The notes: generated by a model not told the origin, from the sequence alone. DNA of 64,000 bases from an uncultured Verrucomicrobiae bacterium (GCA_963756875.1 CAVWPA010000001.1:512001-576000), one strand, 5' to 3'; shown: positions 48,877 through 59,993, counted from the first letter of the stretch. A program made the numbers and translations.

Positions 48877-49885
48877 GTCCGAGAAATTCCAAACTCGGAC
48901 CGAGGGCGGTGAACGCCGCCGCTGCGAGGACGTTGTGCCCTTCCACGGATGCATGCCATCCATCAACCTCGTGAAGTAATTCCACGCGACTTAGATCGGC
49001 CGTGGCCAGTGCATCGGAGTATTGCAGCTGCACGTTCGGGATCCTCGCGATCTCCAGATTGAGATCGTTGACTGTCGAACGTAGCGCGTCGTTCATCATG
49101 CGCGCCATGCGAATCAAATTACGGCGATAAGACGGCCTGAAAGACGTGAAATATTCGTAGGTCGTTTCCAGATGCGGGTACAACGCCGGGTCCTCTGCTC
49201 GCAGGCGCTCTGCCGTTTCACGGGCCGCAAAGTATCGCTCGAAGTTTACCAGGCCGTAAACCACGATCGCAATGCGGCGACGCTGCTCGCGCGCATGTGC
49301 GATGAGGCTGCGCGTATGTCGGGCGAAGTTTTCGCAAAAACGCCTGCTCTGCCGCTGCAACCGGTTCTCTGGTTGCCCGAGCTCGTCCGGCGGGCATCGC
49401 CATGCCCAATCGACGTTGTTGTGTCCGATCGAGATCAGGATCAGGTCCGGAAATCGTTTCGCCGCGATCAACTGAGCGATCTGCCCGGAAAAATTACGGG
49501 TCCCCAGAATACGGCGAAAAAAAGTTTCCTGTTCGCACCGGTCGTTAACAAGAGCACCTATTCCGGCATATTCTCTCGCGACAAAAGGAGTGACCTCCTC
49601 CAACCTCTTGGCCACACTGCACACAACTGGGGGCGACGGATCGCGATCGAGGAACCAGTTCTTTCCCCGGCGGGTTCGCGCGCGCCAGAATGTGTTCCAG
49701 GCAGATGAGATATACATATCCATGCAAACGCTGTCGCCGATCATGGCGACACGAGGCAGTCGCTCAATCAATTCGGCTCGCGTAATCTTTCCACTCTGGA
49801 AAGCCAGATAGTCAGAGTGAAAAGGTGACGTTGGTTCGGCTATTCGTTGCCAGAAGTTTGTGCTGATGAAGGGGGGCGCCGTCAT
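48818..49885 (-). CDS. SGNH/GDSL hydrolase
   Basis: MIGDS block I, IGHNN block III, DGWHAS.EGH block V. Confidence 0.8.
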   Translation of the reverse strand: MTAPPFISTNFWQRIAEPTSPFHSDYLAFQSGKITRAELIERLPRVAMIGDSVCMDMYISSAWNTFWRARTRRGKNWFLDRDPSPPVVCSVAKRLEEVTPFVAREYAGIGALVNDRCEQETFFRRILGTRNFSGQIAQLIAAKRFPDLILISIGHNNVDWAWRCPPDELGQPENRLQRQSRRFCENFARHTRSLIAHAREQRRRIAIVVYGLVNFERYFAARETAERLRAEDPALYPHLETTYEYFTSFRPSYRRNLIRMARMMNDALRSTVNDLNLEIARIPNVQLQYSDALATADLSRVELLHEVDGWHASVEGHNVLAAAAFTALGPSLEFLGLNRPAVKPSADPAAQTEAA

Positions 49886-49908
49886 AAGCAGCGGTTCTTT
49901 CTTGTTTT

Positions 49909-51432
49909 CTAATAGTCCAACCAATTCATTGCCCCGAGCAAGCGGCGAAAGTCGGCGTCGTCGGTTGAGAGCGCGGGAAGCCATTCACCGATCGGTTGCC
50001 GCTTCCACCAGGCCGGGTCGCCGATCGGCGCGAAGCGATAACGATAGAGCCGCGCACGAATGTAGTGCGGCGGCGCCTTCGGAAACGGATTATTGGCGAG
50101 AAGCGAGAGCGTTTCGGGATCGTTGTGCAGGAGTTTCCAGACGAAATGAAATGTCCATGGATATTCTGCCGGCGACGCCATGGCGGCGAACCAGATTTGC
50201 CAGTCAATCCGCGGTTGATACGGCGCGATGAACAGTGGCCGGCGGTTGGGATCGCCCGGTTTTGCCTTGAATTCATATTCTTTCCACTTGGTCTCGGCGG
50301 TGATCAATGTGTCGTCCGTCCCTTCGAAGATAATCTCGTAACGTTCGCGCCCGACCGTGCCAAACGCGCCATACGTATTCACGAGGTCCAGCGGGTCGTA
50401 GGAGTAATTCATTAACTGCCTGCCGGACGCCATGTTCAGGACGGGCGCGACGCTCAGCCAGGCTACCAGGATGGTCAACGCAATCGCCACCCTGTTGTAA
50501 ACAGGCGATGGTTCCGACTCCTTTCCCGCCCGCTCCGCCAGCCTAACGAGTGATTTCGGAAGCAAGTGTCGAAGAAACGTGTCGTCAAAGCAGGCGAGAA
50601 ACGGAATGATGGTCAGGTAATTCAGGAACGAAAGGTTGCCGCTAATGATGAGAAAGATTTGAAAAGTAACGAGCAGCACGCCGGCGATGTGACGAACCGT
50701 TCGCGGCCCGAATGAAAACCACGGCACCACCAATTCGACGAAGTGGTTCCAGGCCACTTCGAACTTGAGTAACCAGTGCGGCGAAAAATTCAGATAACGG
50801 CTGATCGGGTTCGGGATCGGCTGCGTTTCGTAGTGGTAATAAAGGCAGGTGAGATTGCGCCAGCAGGGGTCGCCGCGCAGCTTGATGAGACCCGCACCGA
50901 CCATGATGCGAAAGCCGAGCCAGCGAAACAGCCAGATGACAAGAACTGGCGGCGGAGTTTTTGGAAACGGCCGGCCGTCGAGCAAGGGGCAAAGAAAAAT
51001 CGCCAGGAATCCGGTTTCCAGCAGCTGAATTTCCCAACCGTAGCCATACCAGATTTGACCGACGTGAACGATCGACATGTACATTCCCCAAAGCACGGTG
51101 AGGATGATGGCGTTGGCGTAGCCGGCAAGAACGACAAGGGAGAGGGCAAATCCGATCCAGGCAAAGATGGTCATTCCGTGATCCGAGATGCCGAACCAGA
51201 ATAAAGTCGGAATATGCAGCATCCCTTCCGTGCGGGAGCCGAGCTGCGCATGGACCGCGGACAAGAATTGCCACGCCGGAGTTAAACCCCTGCTTCCGAT
51301 CAGCGGCACCAACTGTTCAGCCGCGACCAGAAATGCGACCGCATAAACAAAACCGAGCAGCCGCAGGATGACGAAACGGGTCAGCCAATACGAATTTCCC
51401 GCGGCAAAGAGCTTTTTGAGAGCATCATTCAT
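49909..51432 (-). CDS. Lipase maturation factor family protein
   Basis: YGWEIQLLETGF, RWLGFRIM..GLIKLRGD, HYETQPIPNP, NTYGAFG, APYQPRIDWQIWFAA. Confidence 0.92.
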   Translation of the reverse strand: MNDALKKLFAAGNSYWLTRFVILRLLGFVYAVAFLVAAEQLVPLIGSRGLTPAWQFLSAVHAQLGSRTEGMLHIPTLFWFGISDHGMTIFAWIGFALSLVVLAGYANAIILTVLWGMYMSIVHVGQIWYGYGWEIQLLETGFLAIFLCPLLDGRPFPKTPPPVLVIWLFRWLGFRIMVGAGLIKLRGDPCWRNLTCLYYHYETQPIPNPISRYLNFSPHWLLKFEVAWNHFVELVVPWFSFGPRTVRHIAGVLLVTFQIFLIISGNLSFLNYLTIIPFLACFDDTFLRHLLPKSLVRLAERAGKESEPSPVYNRVAIALTILVAWLSVAPVLNMASGRQLMNYSYDPLDLVNTYGAFGTVGRERYEIIFEGTDDTLITAETKWKEYEFKAKPGDPNRRPLFIAPYQPRIDWQIWFAAMASPAEYPWTFHFVWKLLHNDPETLSLLANNPFPKAPPHYIRARLYRYRFAPIGDPAWWKRQPIGEWLPALSTDDADFRRLLGAMNWLDY

Positions 51433-51602
51433 CGATCTGTCCGGACAGAGTTAACAGAATTTCGAGCGAATTAGAAGAGAGTCGCCGCTGCGGGCAACCT
51501 CTTTCGTCCAGACAATTCGGTTGGATTCGACTCAAAAGCGAGCGCAACGCGCGAATTCGCCGAGCGGCCGCCTTGCCGATTTACCGCGGCGCGGCCGCGA
51601 AT

Positions 51603-52160
51603 TTAAATCATTCCGAGCTTCATTCGCCCTGCTTCGCTGATCATTCCCTGGTTCCAGGGAGGGTCCCAGACGAGCTGGACATCGGCTTCGTCTATCCCGT
51701 CGATCGAGAGAATTTTACTTTGCGCGTCATGCGCAATGGCGGGTCCCATGCCGCACCCCGGCGCGGTTAAAGTCATTTTCACTTCCACCCGGGTGCCGCC
51801 GCCATCTTTCTTGATCAGCCGGCAGTCGTACACCAGCCCAAGATCGACGATGTTCACCGGGATTTCCGGATCGTAACACTGCCGAAGCTGGTTCCAGACG
51901 TTCTCCTCGGAGACGTCGCCGTTCGTTGCAGGCGCCGCGGTTTTTGATTCGGTCTTTGGGGCCGGCTTTTCAACACCGAACGCGTCGAAGTCTTTTTCGG
52001 CGATACGGGAAAGTCCGTGTGGTGTCGCGACTGTGTAACTTCCGCCAAGAGCCTGGGTGATAACGCCCTGCGTTCCTGCTTCCAGTGTAAATTTTTGTCC
52101 GCTCGGGATCAGGATCACTTCGCAATCGCGGCTCAACGTAAATTCAGTGTTGGTTTGCAT
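51603..52160 (-). CDS. sufT: Putative Fe-S cluster assembly protein SufT (DUF59)
   Basis: ITQALGGSYT, YDPEIPVNIVDLGLVY, MTLTAPGCGMG, WDPPW. Confidence 0.9.
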   Translation of the reverse strand: MQTNTEFTLSRDCEVILIPSGQKFTLEAGTQGVITQALGGSYTVATPHGLSRIAEKDFDAFGVEKPAPKTESKTAAPATNGDVSEENVWNQLRQCYDPEIPVNIVDLGLVYDCRLIKKDGGGTRVEVKMTLTAPGCGMGPAIAHDAQSKILSIDGIDEADVQLVWDPPWNQGMISEAGRMKLGMI

Positions 52161-52264
52161 AAGATTTGTCATTCCGAGCGGAGTCGAGGAATCCTTCAAT
52201 CAGCATCGACATCGGCACCCGTAGTCAAAACAATAGATTCCGACAGCGTGGGTCGCAAGCGGTT

Positions 52265-52414
52265 TGGGTAGCGCACGCGTCTCGCGTGCTGGCGAAGCCG
52301 TCTCGGGTTCGCGGACTTTTGTAGAGGTTCCCTTCCGGGGGTGCAGATGAATTTAAGGAAAAGTTCGTTGCGGCGGGACACCGCAACCGGCACGCGAGGC
52401 GCGTGCGCTCCCCA
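52265..52414. repeat. REP/REPIN-like palindromic element (copy F)
   Basis: tgggtagcgcacgcgtctcgcgtgc ... gcacgcgaggcgcgtgcgctcccca. Confidence 0.88.
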
Positions 52415-52416
52415 GA

Positions 52417-53640
52417 TTAAAGCTTCTCCGGATCTTCGAGCAACTCGATAACGCGCTTGAGCAGGCGGCCGGCGCCCCCGCCGTCGAGGCTGCGATGATC
52501 AAAGCTCAACGTGATCTGGGCTTCCGTCTCGGGAACAAATTCGTTTTTCGCCTCATCCCACGAAGGAACTTTTTTGCCGACTCCAAGGCCGAGCAGCACT
52601 GTCTGGTCTGGCAGTGGAATTGGAGTGCCCCATTCAACCCCGAAGGTTCCGAAATTTGAAACCGCGGCGATGCCGCCGGCCTGCATGTCGGGCGAAATTC
52701 GCCGTTTGCGGGCGAGATCGACAAGTTCCTGGTATTTGCCGGTCAACTCGGCCAGCGAAGTTTTGTCCGCGTTGCGAATGATCGGCACCATGATGCCGTC
52801 TTCGGCTTCCACGGCGACACCGACGTCGATGGAACTTGATTGCACGACCCGGTTGCCAACCAATTTGGCCGCAGCGGCCGGATTCTCCGCCAGCGCCAGC
52901 GCGAGCGCGCGAACCGCATAAAGAGCGGGACCCGGTTTCGGATCGCGTTGCTTTCGATTCTCCAATACCGGATCTAGATTCACGGACGACCCGATTGTTG
53001 CCAGCGGGCGTGACCAGCTGCGCCGCATCGCGTCGGCAACGCCGGTACGAAGCGCGGAGGCTTCCTGCGCCGATTGGCTATCGACCTTTTGCAAAAAGTT
53101 CTCCAAATCTTTGATCGTCACCCGGTTGCCGGCTCCGGTTCCGGTGATCCCGGACAGATCTGCTTTCGTTAACTGCAATTCGGCCATGCGCGCGCGTACT
53201 CGCGGCGAAAGAAAACTGGCGCCTTTGAGCGTTGCCGGCACCGGTAAGCCCCCGGTTTCAACACCGTTGCCACCGCCCGCCGCCGCTTTTTTCTGACGCG
53301 CAGGCGCAACTTCCTGGTCGGCGCGTGCGGGAATTTCCTCGGCGACTTCGCCTTCCGGTTGAGCGGGGCTTTGCCTGGCGAATCTTCCGGCATCGGCTTC
53401 GCTCGCCTCGACGTAACCCAGGACTGCGCCGACCGGATATGTTTCTTTCACCTGCGCGACAATTTTATCGATCTTGCCTTTGCACGGCGTAGTCACACCC
53501 ATGACCGCCTTGTTTGTCTCCACCTCGATGATCTCCTGATCGGCCACGACATCGTCGCCGGGTTTCACCTTCACATCGACGATCGTCGCCTCGGCGATCG
53601 ATTCGCCCAACTGCGGCATAATGATTGGAACTTGGGCCAT
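52417..53640 (-). CDS. 2-oxoacid dehydrogenase E2 (dihydrolipoamide acyltransferase)
   Basis: Lipoyl domain MPQLGES..VETNKA, binding domain GTGAGNRVT, catalytic FDHRSLDG. Confidence 0.93.
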   Translation of the reverse strand: MAQVPIIMPQLGESIAEATIVDVKVKPGDDVVADQEIIEVETNKAVMGVTTPCKGKIDKIVAQVKETYPVGAVLGYVEASEADAGRFARQSPAQPEGEVAEEIPARADQEVAPARQKKAAAGGGNGVETGGLPVPATLKGASFLSPRVRARMAELQLTKADLSGITGTGAGNRVTIKDLENFLQKVDSQSAQEASALRTGVADAMRRSWSRPLATIGSSVNLDPVLENRKQRDPKPGPALYAVRALALALAENPAAAAKLVGNRVVQSSSIDVGVAVEAEDGIMVPIIRNADKTSLAELTGKYQELVDLARKRRISPDMQAGGIAAVSNFGTFGVEWGTPIPLPDQTVLLGLGVGKKVPSWDEAKNEFVPETEAQITLSFDHRSLDGGGAGRLLKRVIELLEDPEKL

Positions 53641-53643
53641 AGA

Positions 53644-54612
53644 TTATTCTTTAAGGAGTTGTCTCGCTTTTTTTGCAATCGCTTTTGCGTTCGGGCGATG
53701 CGCGCCCCAGAGATTTGGATGATATGGGATCGGCGTGTCTTTCGCATTGATGCGCTGCGGCGCCGCATCCAGAAGGTGAAAACCTTCGCTTGCGACGCGC
53801 GCGAGCACTTCCGCCGTCGCGCCGCCCCACGGAAACGATTCGCCGGCGCAAAGCAGCCGGCCGGTGCGCGCGACGGATGCGAGGACGGTATCGGTATCAA
53901 GCGGTTTGACCGTGCGAAGATCGACGACTTCGATTTCGAAACCTTCGGTCGCAAGCTCAGCAGCCGCCGCCAACGCTTCCTGTACCATCACGCTGTAAGC
54001 GACGATCGTGAGATCGCGACCGGCGCGCGCGATTCGCGCCTGACCGACCGGTGGTCCTTCGGTTGGAAGCTTGTCGGCTTTAAGATGGTAATAGAGATAC
54101 TTGTGCTCGCAGTAAACCACCGGGTCATCAATCGCGACGGCGTCGATCAACATGGTATAGGCGTCCTCCACCGTGGCCGGCGTCATCACAATGAGCCCGG
54201 GATAATGCGCGTAAATCGATTCCATGCTCTGGCTGTGGAAAGGCCCGCTGCCTTTGGTTCCGCCCGACGGAAGCCGCACCGTGATCGGAACGGGAACATT
54301 TGTTCGCCAATAATGCGTTCCGGCGTTGTTTAGGATTTGGTTCAGCGCAATGCTCGAAAAATCGGCAAACTGCATTTCAACGATTGGCCGCATCCCTTGC
54401 AGCGCCGCGCCGATCGCGGTGCCGGCAATTGCGTCTTCGCTAATTGGCGCGTTCAGGACGCGCCCGGGAAATTCTTTCGCCAGCCCTTTCGTGGCTTTGA
54501 ACGCGCCACCGAACGTGCCGCCCACGTCCTGGCCGTAAATGAAAACGCGGTCGTCGTCGCGCAACAGTTTCGCCTGCGCCTCACGGATCGCTTCGAGGTA
54601 GGTGATGCTCAT
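53644..54612 (-). CDS. 2-oxoacid dehydrogenase E1 beta subunit
   Basis: GQDVG..FGGAF, PISE, EMQFADF, GPFHSQ, DLRTVKPLD. Confidence 0.94.
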   Translation of the reverse strand: MSITYLEAIREAQAKLLRDDDRVFIYGQDVGGTFGGAFKATKGLAKEFPGRVLNAPISEDAIAGTAIGAALQGMRPIVEMQFADFSSIALNQILNNAGTHYWRTNVPVPITVRLPSGGTKGSGPFHSQSMESIYAHYPGLIVMTPATVEDAYTMLIDAVAIDDPVVYCEHKYLYYHLKADKLPTEGPPVGQARIARAGRDLTIVAYSVMVQEALAAAAELATEGFEIEVVDLRTVKPLDTDTVLASVARTGRLLCAGESFPWGGATAEVLARVASEGFHLLDAAPQRINAKDTPIPYHPNLWGAHRPNAKAIAKKARQLLKE

Positions 54613-54616
54613 GAAA

Positions 54617-54762
54617 AGAATGACGAAGCACGAATGGCGAATGACGAATGAATCATGAAGCACCAATGACGAAGCGCGAATGTCGAGTTTGTCCAGAGGC
54701 CCAGCCCGGCGATTTGATCATTCGTCATGTTGATTTTATTCGTCATCAGACATTCGTCATTG
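54617..54762. repeat. Heptamer inverted repeat element (AATGACG / TTCGTCA)
   Basis: gaatgacgaagcacgaatggcgaatgacgaa ... attcgtcatgttgattttattcgtcatcagacattcgtcatt. Confidence 0.8.
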
Positions 54763-55797
54763 ATCCTGTTCCGCGTGATCGGCTAATTCGCGTTGCGATA
54801 AGGCGCACCAGTCCTCCGTGGCACCGTCGGGCGCCGGATCCTTTTGTGCCGCAGTGATCGCTTCCTCGACCTGCGCGGCCGCGTCATCGCGCCACGATTG
54901 CAAAGTCTCACCATCGACGAGTTTCAGATCGACAATCAATTTTTCCGCGCATTTCAAACAATCCTGCGCAAACGGCTCGCGCTTGATTTCGGCGGTCACA
55001 TAGCTGGCATCGTCATGTTCGCCGTGACCGGAGAGGCGCAACACCGAGGCGACTACCAATTGCGGCGGGCGGCCGGCTCGGGCCCGTTTCACCGCACTGC
55101 CGATCACTTTGAGACACGCCGTGAGGTCGGTTCCATCAAGACTATAACCCTCAAATCCATAGCCCTTCGCGCGGTCGACAAGGTCGTGGCAGGCAAACTC
55201 TCGCTCGTTAGGCGTGGAGTAGGCGTAATGGTTGTTCGTCGCGACGATTACCAGCGGCACCTGCTCGACGGCGGCGATGTTCATCCCTTCATGGAAGGAG
55301 CCGGTTTGCATGCCGCCTTCGCCGATGCAGGCCAGGCCGACAAAATTCTTTTCCCCTTTCCATCGTTTTGCAAGCAGGCCGCCCACCGTCACCGAGACCA
55401 TCGCGCCGAGATGGCTGACCATGGCCAACTGGCCGTCTAGGGGGCGCCCTCGATGGATGTTGCCATCGCGTCCTCTCATGGGGCCTTTCACAGAACCGAG
55501 ATAGGTCCGGGTAACATCGATCAGCGGCTCACCGAATGCCGAGCGCCCAGCCTGATCCCGAATGAGCGGAGCGAAAATGTCTCCCTTTTGCAGAAACAGA
55601 CCACAGGCCACGCTGACGGCTTCCTGGCCTTTGCCGATGTAAACGCCTCCGGTGATGTGTCCGCCGCGATACAGGCTGACGAGCTTCTCCTCAAGCGTTC
55701 GCGTCAGCAGCATCCATCGGAACGCCTCGAGAAATCGCTCATGTGGCAGCGCTTTCTTTGATGTCGATTTCCTGCCGCGCTGCGCCGTTTCAAGCAT
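54757..55797 (-). CDS. 2-oxoacid dehydrogenase E1 alpha subunit
   Basis: GQEA, TPP motif GEGG..NN, RLSGHGEHD. Confidence 0.93.
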   Translation of the reverse strand: MLETAQRGRKSTSKKALPHERFLEAFRWMLLTRTLEEKLVSLYRGGHITGGVYIGKGQEAVSVACGLFLQKGDIFAPLIRDQAGRSAFGEPLIDVTRTYLGSVKGPMRGRDGNIHRGRPLDGQLAMVSHLGAMVSVTVGGLLAKRWKGEKNFVGLACIGEGGMQTGSFHEGMNIAAVEQVPLVIVATNNHYAYSTPNEREFACHDLVDRAKGYGFEGYSLDGTDLTACLKVIGSAVKRARAGRPPQLVVASVLRLSGHGEHDDASYVTAEIKREPFAQDCLKCAEKLIVDLKLVDGETLQSWRDDAAAQVEEAITAAQKDPAPDGATEDWCALSQRELADHAEQDQ

Positions 55798-55860
55798 TTC
55801 AAGATTTTACGCAGGATCGACAAGTGCGCGCAAAATTTTTTTACATGCGCGATTTTTTAA

Positions 55861-56006
55861 TCTGGGGAGCGCAGGCTGCCAGCCTGCAGTCGTCGGCAGC
55901 TTGCCGACGACACGCCAAAGGGTCACAAAGGATATAATGTGAAACCTTGGAAGAGCTTTTCGGCAGGCTGCCGAAAACAACAGGCTGGCAGCCTGTGGTC
56001 CCCAGA
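55861..56006. repeat. REPIN-like element, related family GGGGAGCGCAGGCTGCCAGCCTG
   Basis: tctggggagcgcaggctgccagcctg ... caggctggcagcctgtggtccccaga. Confidence 0.85.
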
Positions 56007-56007
56007 T

Positions 56008-59000
56008 TTATCGCGCGACGAGCGTAAAGTTACGCTGGGTAGCGGCTTCCTGGTGGCCGTTCCCGTTGGCGGGTTGCTGGGCGGCTGTTTCCGGTGCCGT
56101 CAATTTCATTCCGACCAGTTTGCTTACGCCGCGTTCTTCCATGGTGACACCATAAAGCACGCCCGCTTTGGCAATGGTGCGCTTGTTATGTGTGATGATG
56201 ACGAACTGGCTTTGGCCGATAAAGCGGTCGAGCACCTTGATAAAGCGATTGATGTTGCTCTCATCGAGCGGCGCATCCATTTCGTCGAGCACGCAAAACG
56301 GGCTCGGCCGCACCATGTAAATCGCGAAAAGAAGCGCAACGGCCGTCATGGCGCGCTCACCTCCACTGAGCAATGAAACACTTTGCAGTTGTTTGCCCGG
56401 CGGTTTCGCCGCGATCTCGATCCCGCAATTCAGCGGATCGCTTTCATCCATCAACGACAGGTCGGCACGTCCGCCGCCGAACAGCTCGGCAAACATTTCG
56501 CGAAAGTTCACTCGTACCTGCGCGAACGTGTCGGCGAATAGTTGTTTTGTTGTCGAGTTAATTTGCGAGATGACTTCGAGCAATTCGCGGCGCGAATTCG
56601 TCAGATCGTTGTTTTGGGTTTCAAGAAACTTGTAACGATCTTCCAGTTCATCGTACTCCTGAACGGCATCCAGGTTGACCGGGCCCATGTTGTCCAGCTG
56701 TCGCGTCAGATCGGCGATCAATTTTTGGAGATCCGCCTCGGCGAGATTGACTTCTGGGGAGCGCACGGGCCCTCGCGTGCCGAGTTTGGCGCCCTCGCCG
56801 AACTCCTGTGCGCGTGCACGATCTCGTGCATCATCTTCAAGTGCGGATTGGCCTTCCGGAGAGTTTTCGGCGGGGTCGCCGACAACAGCACGCGAGGCGC
56901 GTGCGCTCCCCAGATCACTCGTGTCCGCGCGTTTCCTTAATTGAACGCGCAGGGTTTTTTCGAATGCTCCCTGGTCCGGGTTGAACGCCCGCAGATCGGC
57001 GTGGTAACGCCGCTCCACGGTGTCGATCAGATTATCGATCTGCATTTGCATTTGTGATTCGCGGACCTGTGCGTGTCCACGACGTTCCTGCAATTCGCTG
57101 AGAGAATTGCGCAGCACGCGGACCTTCGTCTCGCGATCGGCGATGGCAGCAACCCGTCCCACTCGTTGCTCCGCGATTTTGGCAACGCTCTCCTCCCTTC
57201 GCTGGTGCTCGACGGTTTGATTCTCGATCGCGGCTTCGGAATCGCGCGATTCCTGCGCCTGACTCGCGAGTTTGCTCTCATACATCGAAATGTCGGCATG
57301 CCGCCCGGCGATCAGTTCGGCCAATTCCGTCTCGCGCTCGGCCATTGGCTGACGCCGCGCTTCCAAGTTTTCATGACGCTGCTTTTCCGTTGCAATTGCC
57401 AGTCGCAGCTCGTTGAGTTTTTCTGTCGTCCTGGCTTCATCCGCATTCGCTGATTTTTCTGCTGCGCCCGCGGCTGCCTGTTCGGTTTCCCGCGCAGCCA
57501 GTTGCGAGCGCGCCTCGTTCAGCTCTGCCTCCATCTCTGCAATGGACTCGTCGGCTGTGGCAATCTGCTGTTCGAGAGTAGCTCTTTCGGATTGCAGATT
57601 CTCGATTTTGCGCGCGAGATCGTCGCGTTCGCGTTCGCGCAACGAAATGTGCCCGCTCGCAGTTGAGTGCGAAAGGTGAGCGGCGTGATGGCGCTCCCGG
57701 GACTGATTCACCTTTTGCGACGCAGCCATCAATGCCGCTTTCGCTTCGTCGCGTTTTGTGGAAAGACCCTCCCGTTCCTGGATGAGTGAGGCTTCTTCCT
57801 TCTCCAGGTCCGCGATTTCCGCTTTTCGCTCCAGCAACGAATCCGATTTGATCGTGGTGCTTCCGCCAAAAACGATGCCTTCGGCAGAAACAAATTCGCC
57901 ATTTAGCGTCGCCGCGGCCAGTGTCGGGTCGTTTTTCTTGCACTCCAGCGCCTGCTCCAGCTTCGAAAAAATCACAACGTTGCCGAGCAACTGGCGGATG
58001 AGCGGTTCGAGTTGCCTCGGTGCCACCACCTTGTCTACCGCCCAGGCAATTGCTCCCTGGGGGAGCATCTTGCGCACGGATTGCGGGACGGCCCCGCCGA
58101 GCTGCGGGATGAGAAGCGCCGCCTTTCCGAGTTTTTTGCGTGTTACCCTGTGGATAATTTCTTCGGCGAGGTTCGCATCCCGCAAGATCACCGCATGCAA
58201 ACTGCGGCCTAGCGCGGCCTCGACGGCCGCGATGAATTTCGGATCAACATCAAGTTGTGACGCGAGCGGACCGGCAATGGCGGCACGAAACCGGTCGTCC
58301 ATCGCATTGAGGACTGCCTGGGAGCCTTCTGCCAATCCCCGCCCTTCCTGATTAAACTGGCGTAAGACTCCGAGACGCGACGTCTTTTCCGCCATTGAGC
58401 GCTCGAAATCTGCAAGGTTTTTCTCCGATTGCGCAAGCAGGTCCTGGTGATTATGCAGATTTTCTTCGGCTCGATGCGTCTCGGCGAGCAAATCGGCGAC
58501 TTGCTTTTCCTCGTTGCCGGCAGCGGCGAGCGCGGCCGCGATCTCCCCTGCTGTGTTCTGAAGTGCCTTTGTCGCTTCCCCGATTTCGGTCTCGAGTCTC
58601 TGAATTTGCGCGGCAGTGGCTTCGCTGCGGGCAACCATGCCCGACAATTCGTCCTCGAGAGCCGAGATCCGGCCCTGCGATTTAGTCAGCGCCATTTGCA
58701 GCTCTTGTGCTTCTGTCGCGAATTTCGCGCGTTGCGACCGGGCCCGTGACAACGCTTCGGTAAGCTTCGCGAGTTCGGCCGCTTGCTCCTGCAGAAGATG
58801 TTTGCTCTTTTCGAGCGACGCATCGGCCTCCCGCATTTGCGTGGCCTGCTCGTTCCGCTTGGCCTCCGCTGCGGAGATTTCGTTTCGAGCTCGCTCGATC
58901 AGCTCATTTAATTCCTGGGCGCGTTGCCGGTTAAATTCGATCCGGCTGCGATGCGTGGCGATTTCGCTCCGCAACTGCTGAACCTCTGCGCGCGCTTCCG

Positions 59001-59851
59001 CCACCTGTACGTCGATCTTATCCAGTGCAACTCGTTCTTCCCGGATCTCATTTTCGCCAGTGTCAATTTTATCCCGCGCCAGCTTTTTCCGAATTGCTGA
59101 ACTCCGCGATCTCCGTCCGTGAGGCGGAAAGGTCGCACTCCAGAGCGTCGAGTTGTTTGCGCGAATAATGCGTATCCAGAACGCGCAAATCCGCATGTAA
59201 TGCCTGGTAGCGCCGCGCTTTTCCGGCCTGGCGTTGCAGCGAACCAATTTGCCGTTTCACCTCCTTGATCACGTCGCCAATGCGCAAAAGATTGGCTTCG
59301 GTTGCCTCAAGTTTGCGCAGCGCTTCGCGTTTTTGCGTTTTGTACCTGGTGATTCCAGCAGCTTCTTCAAAAACCGCGCGCCGATCTTCCGGACGCGAGC
59401 TCAAGATCATGTCGATCTTTCCCTGCTCCATCATCGAGTAAGCGGACCGCGCGACTCCGGTATCGGCGAAAAGGCTCTGGATGTCGCGCAACCGGCATGC
59501 CGTATTGTTCAGCAGATATTCCGAATTGCCGTCGCGATAAATGCGGCGCGTCACCCGGACGTCGTGCCAATCGACGCCGAGCTCGGTGGCGCAATTTGTG
59601 AAAGTGAGAGAAACCTCGGCGAATCCAATCGGTTTGCGCGAATCGGTTCCGTTGAAAATAACGTCGGCCATTTCGCCGCCACGAAGCGACTTGGCAGATT
59701 GCTCGCCGAGCACCCAACGAATGGCGTCGAGGACATTGGACTTGCCGCAGCCATTCGGTCCAACAATGGCGGTGACGCCTTCGTGGAAGTTGAAGATCGT
59801 TTTATCGGCGAACGATTTGAAACCGAAGAGTTCGAGCGATTGAAGATGCAT
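56008..59851 (-). CDS. smc: Chromosome segregation protein SMC, split by a frameshift at about 59085
   Basis: N-part FKSF, GPNGCGKSN (59069-59851); C-part hinge, GPVN, LLSGGE, LDEMDAPLD, ITH (56008-59085). Confidence 0.93.
56753..56914. repeat. REP/REPIN-like palindromic element (copy G), in frame within smc
   Basis: tctggggagcgcacgggccctcgcgtgc ... gcacgcgaggcgcgtgcgctccccaga, 162 bp. Confidence 0.9.
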
Positions 59852-59993
59852 GGACAGGCCGCATTTCCGGCCTCGAAGGGTCAATATAATGAGTTAACCG
59901 GCGTTACAAGACCAAAATCACACAATTTGCGGGGGAGGGGGCGGGCTCCGACCGCTAGATACTGTGTTCGGCGGCCAAAACGACCAGTGAGCA

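Noticed and set aside
51440..51600. Possible ncRNA between the LMF gene and sufT
   Set aside because: GC-rich but with no recognisable motif or second copy in the window.
59069..59100. Programmed -1 ribosomal frameshift in smc
   Set aside because: The shift needed is +1 and the run is A5G, not the canonical A6G slippery heptamer.
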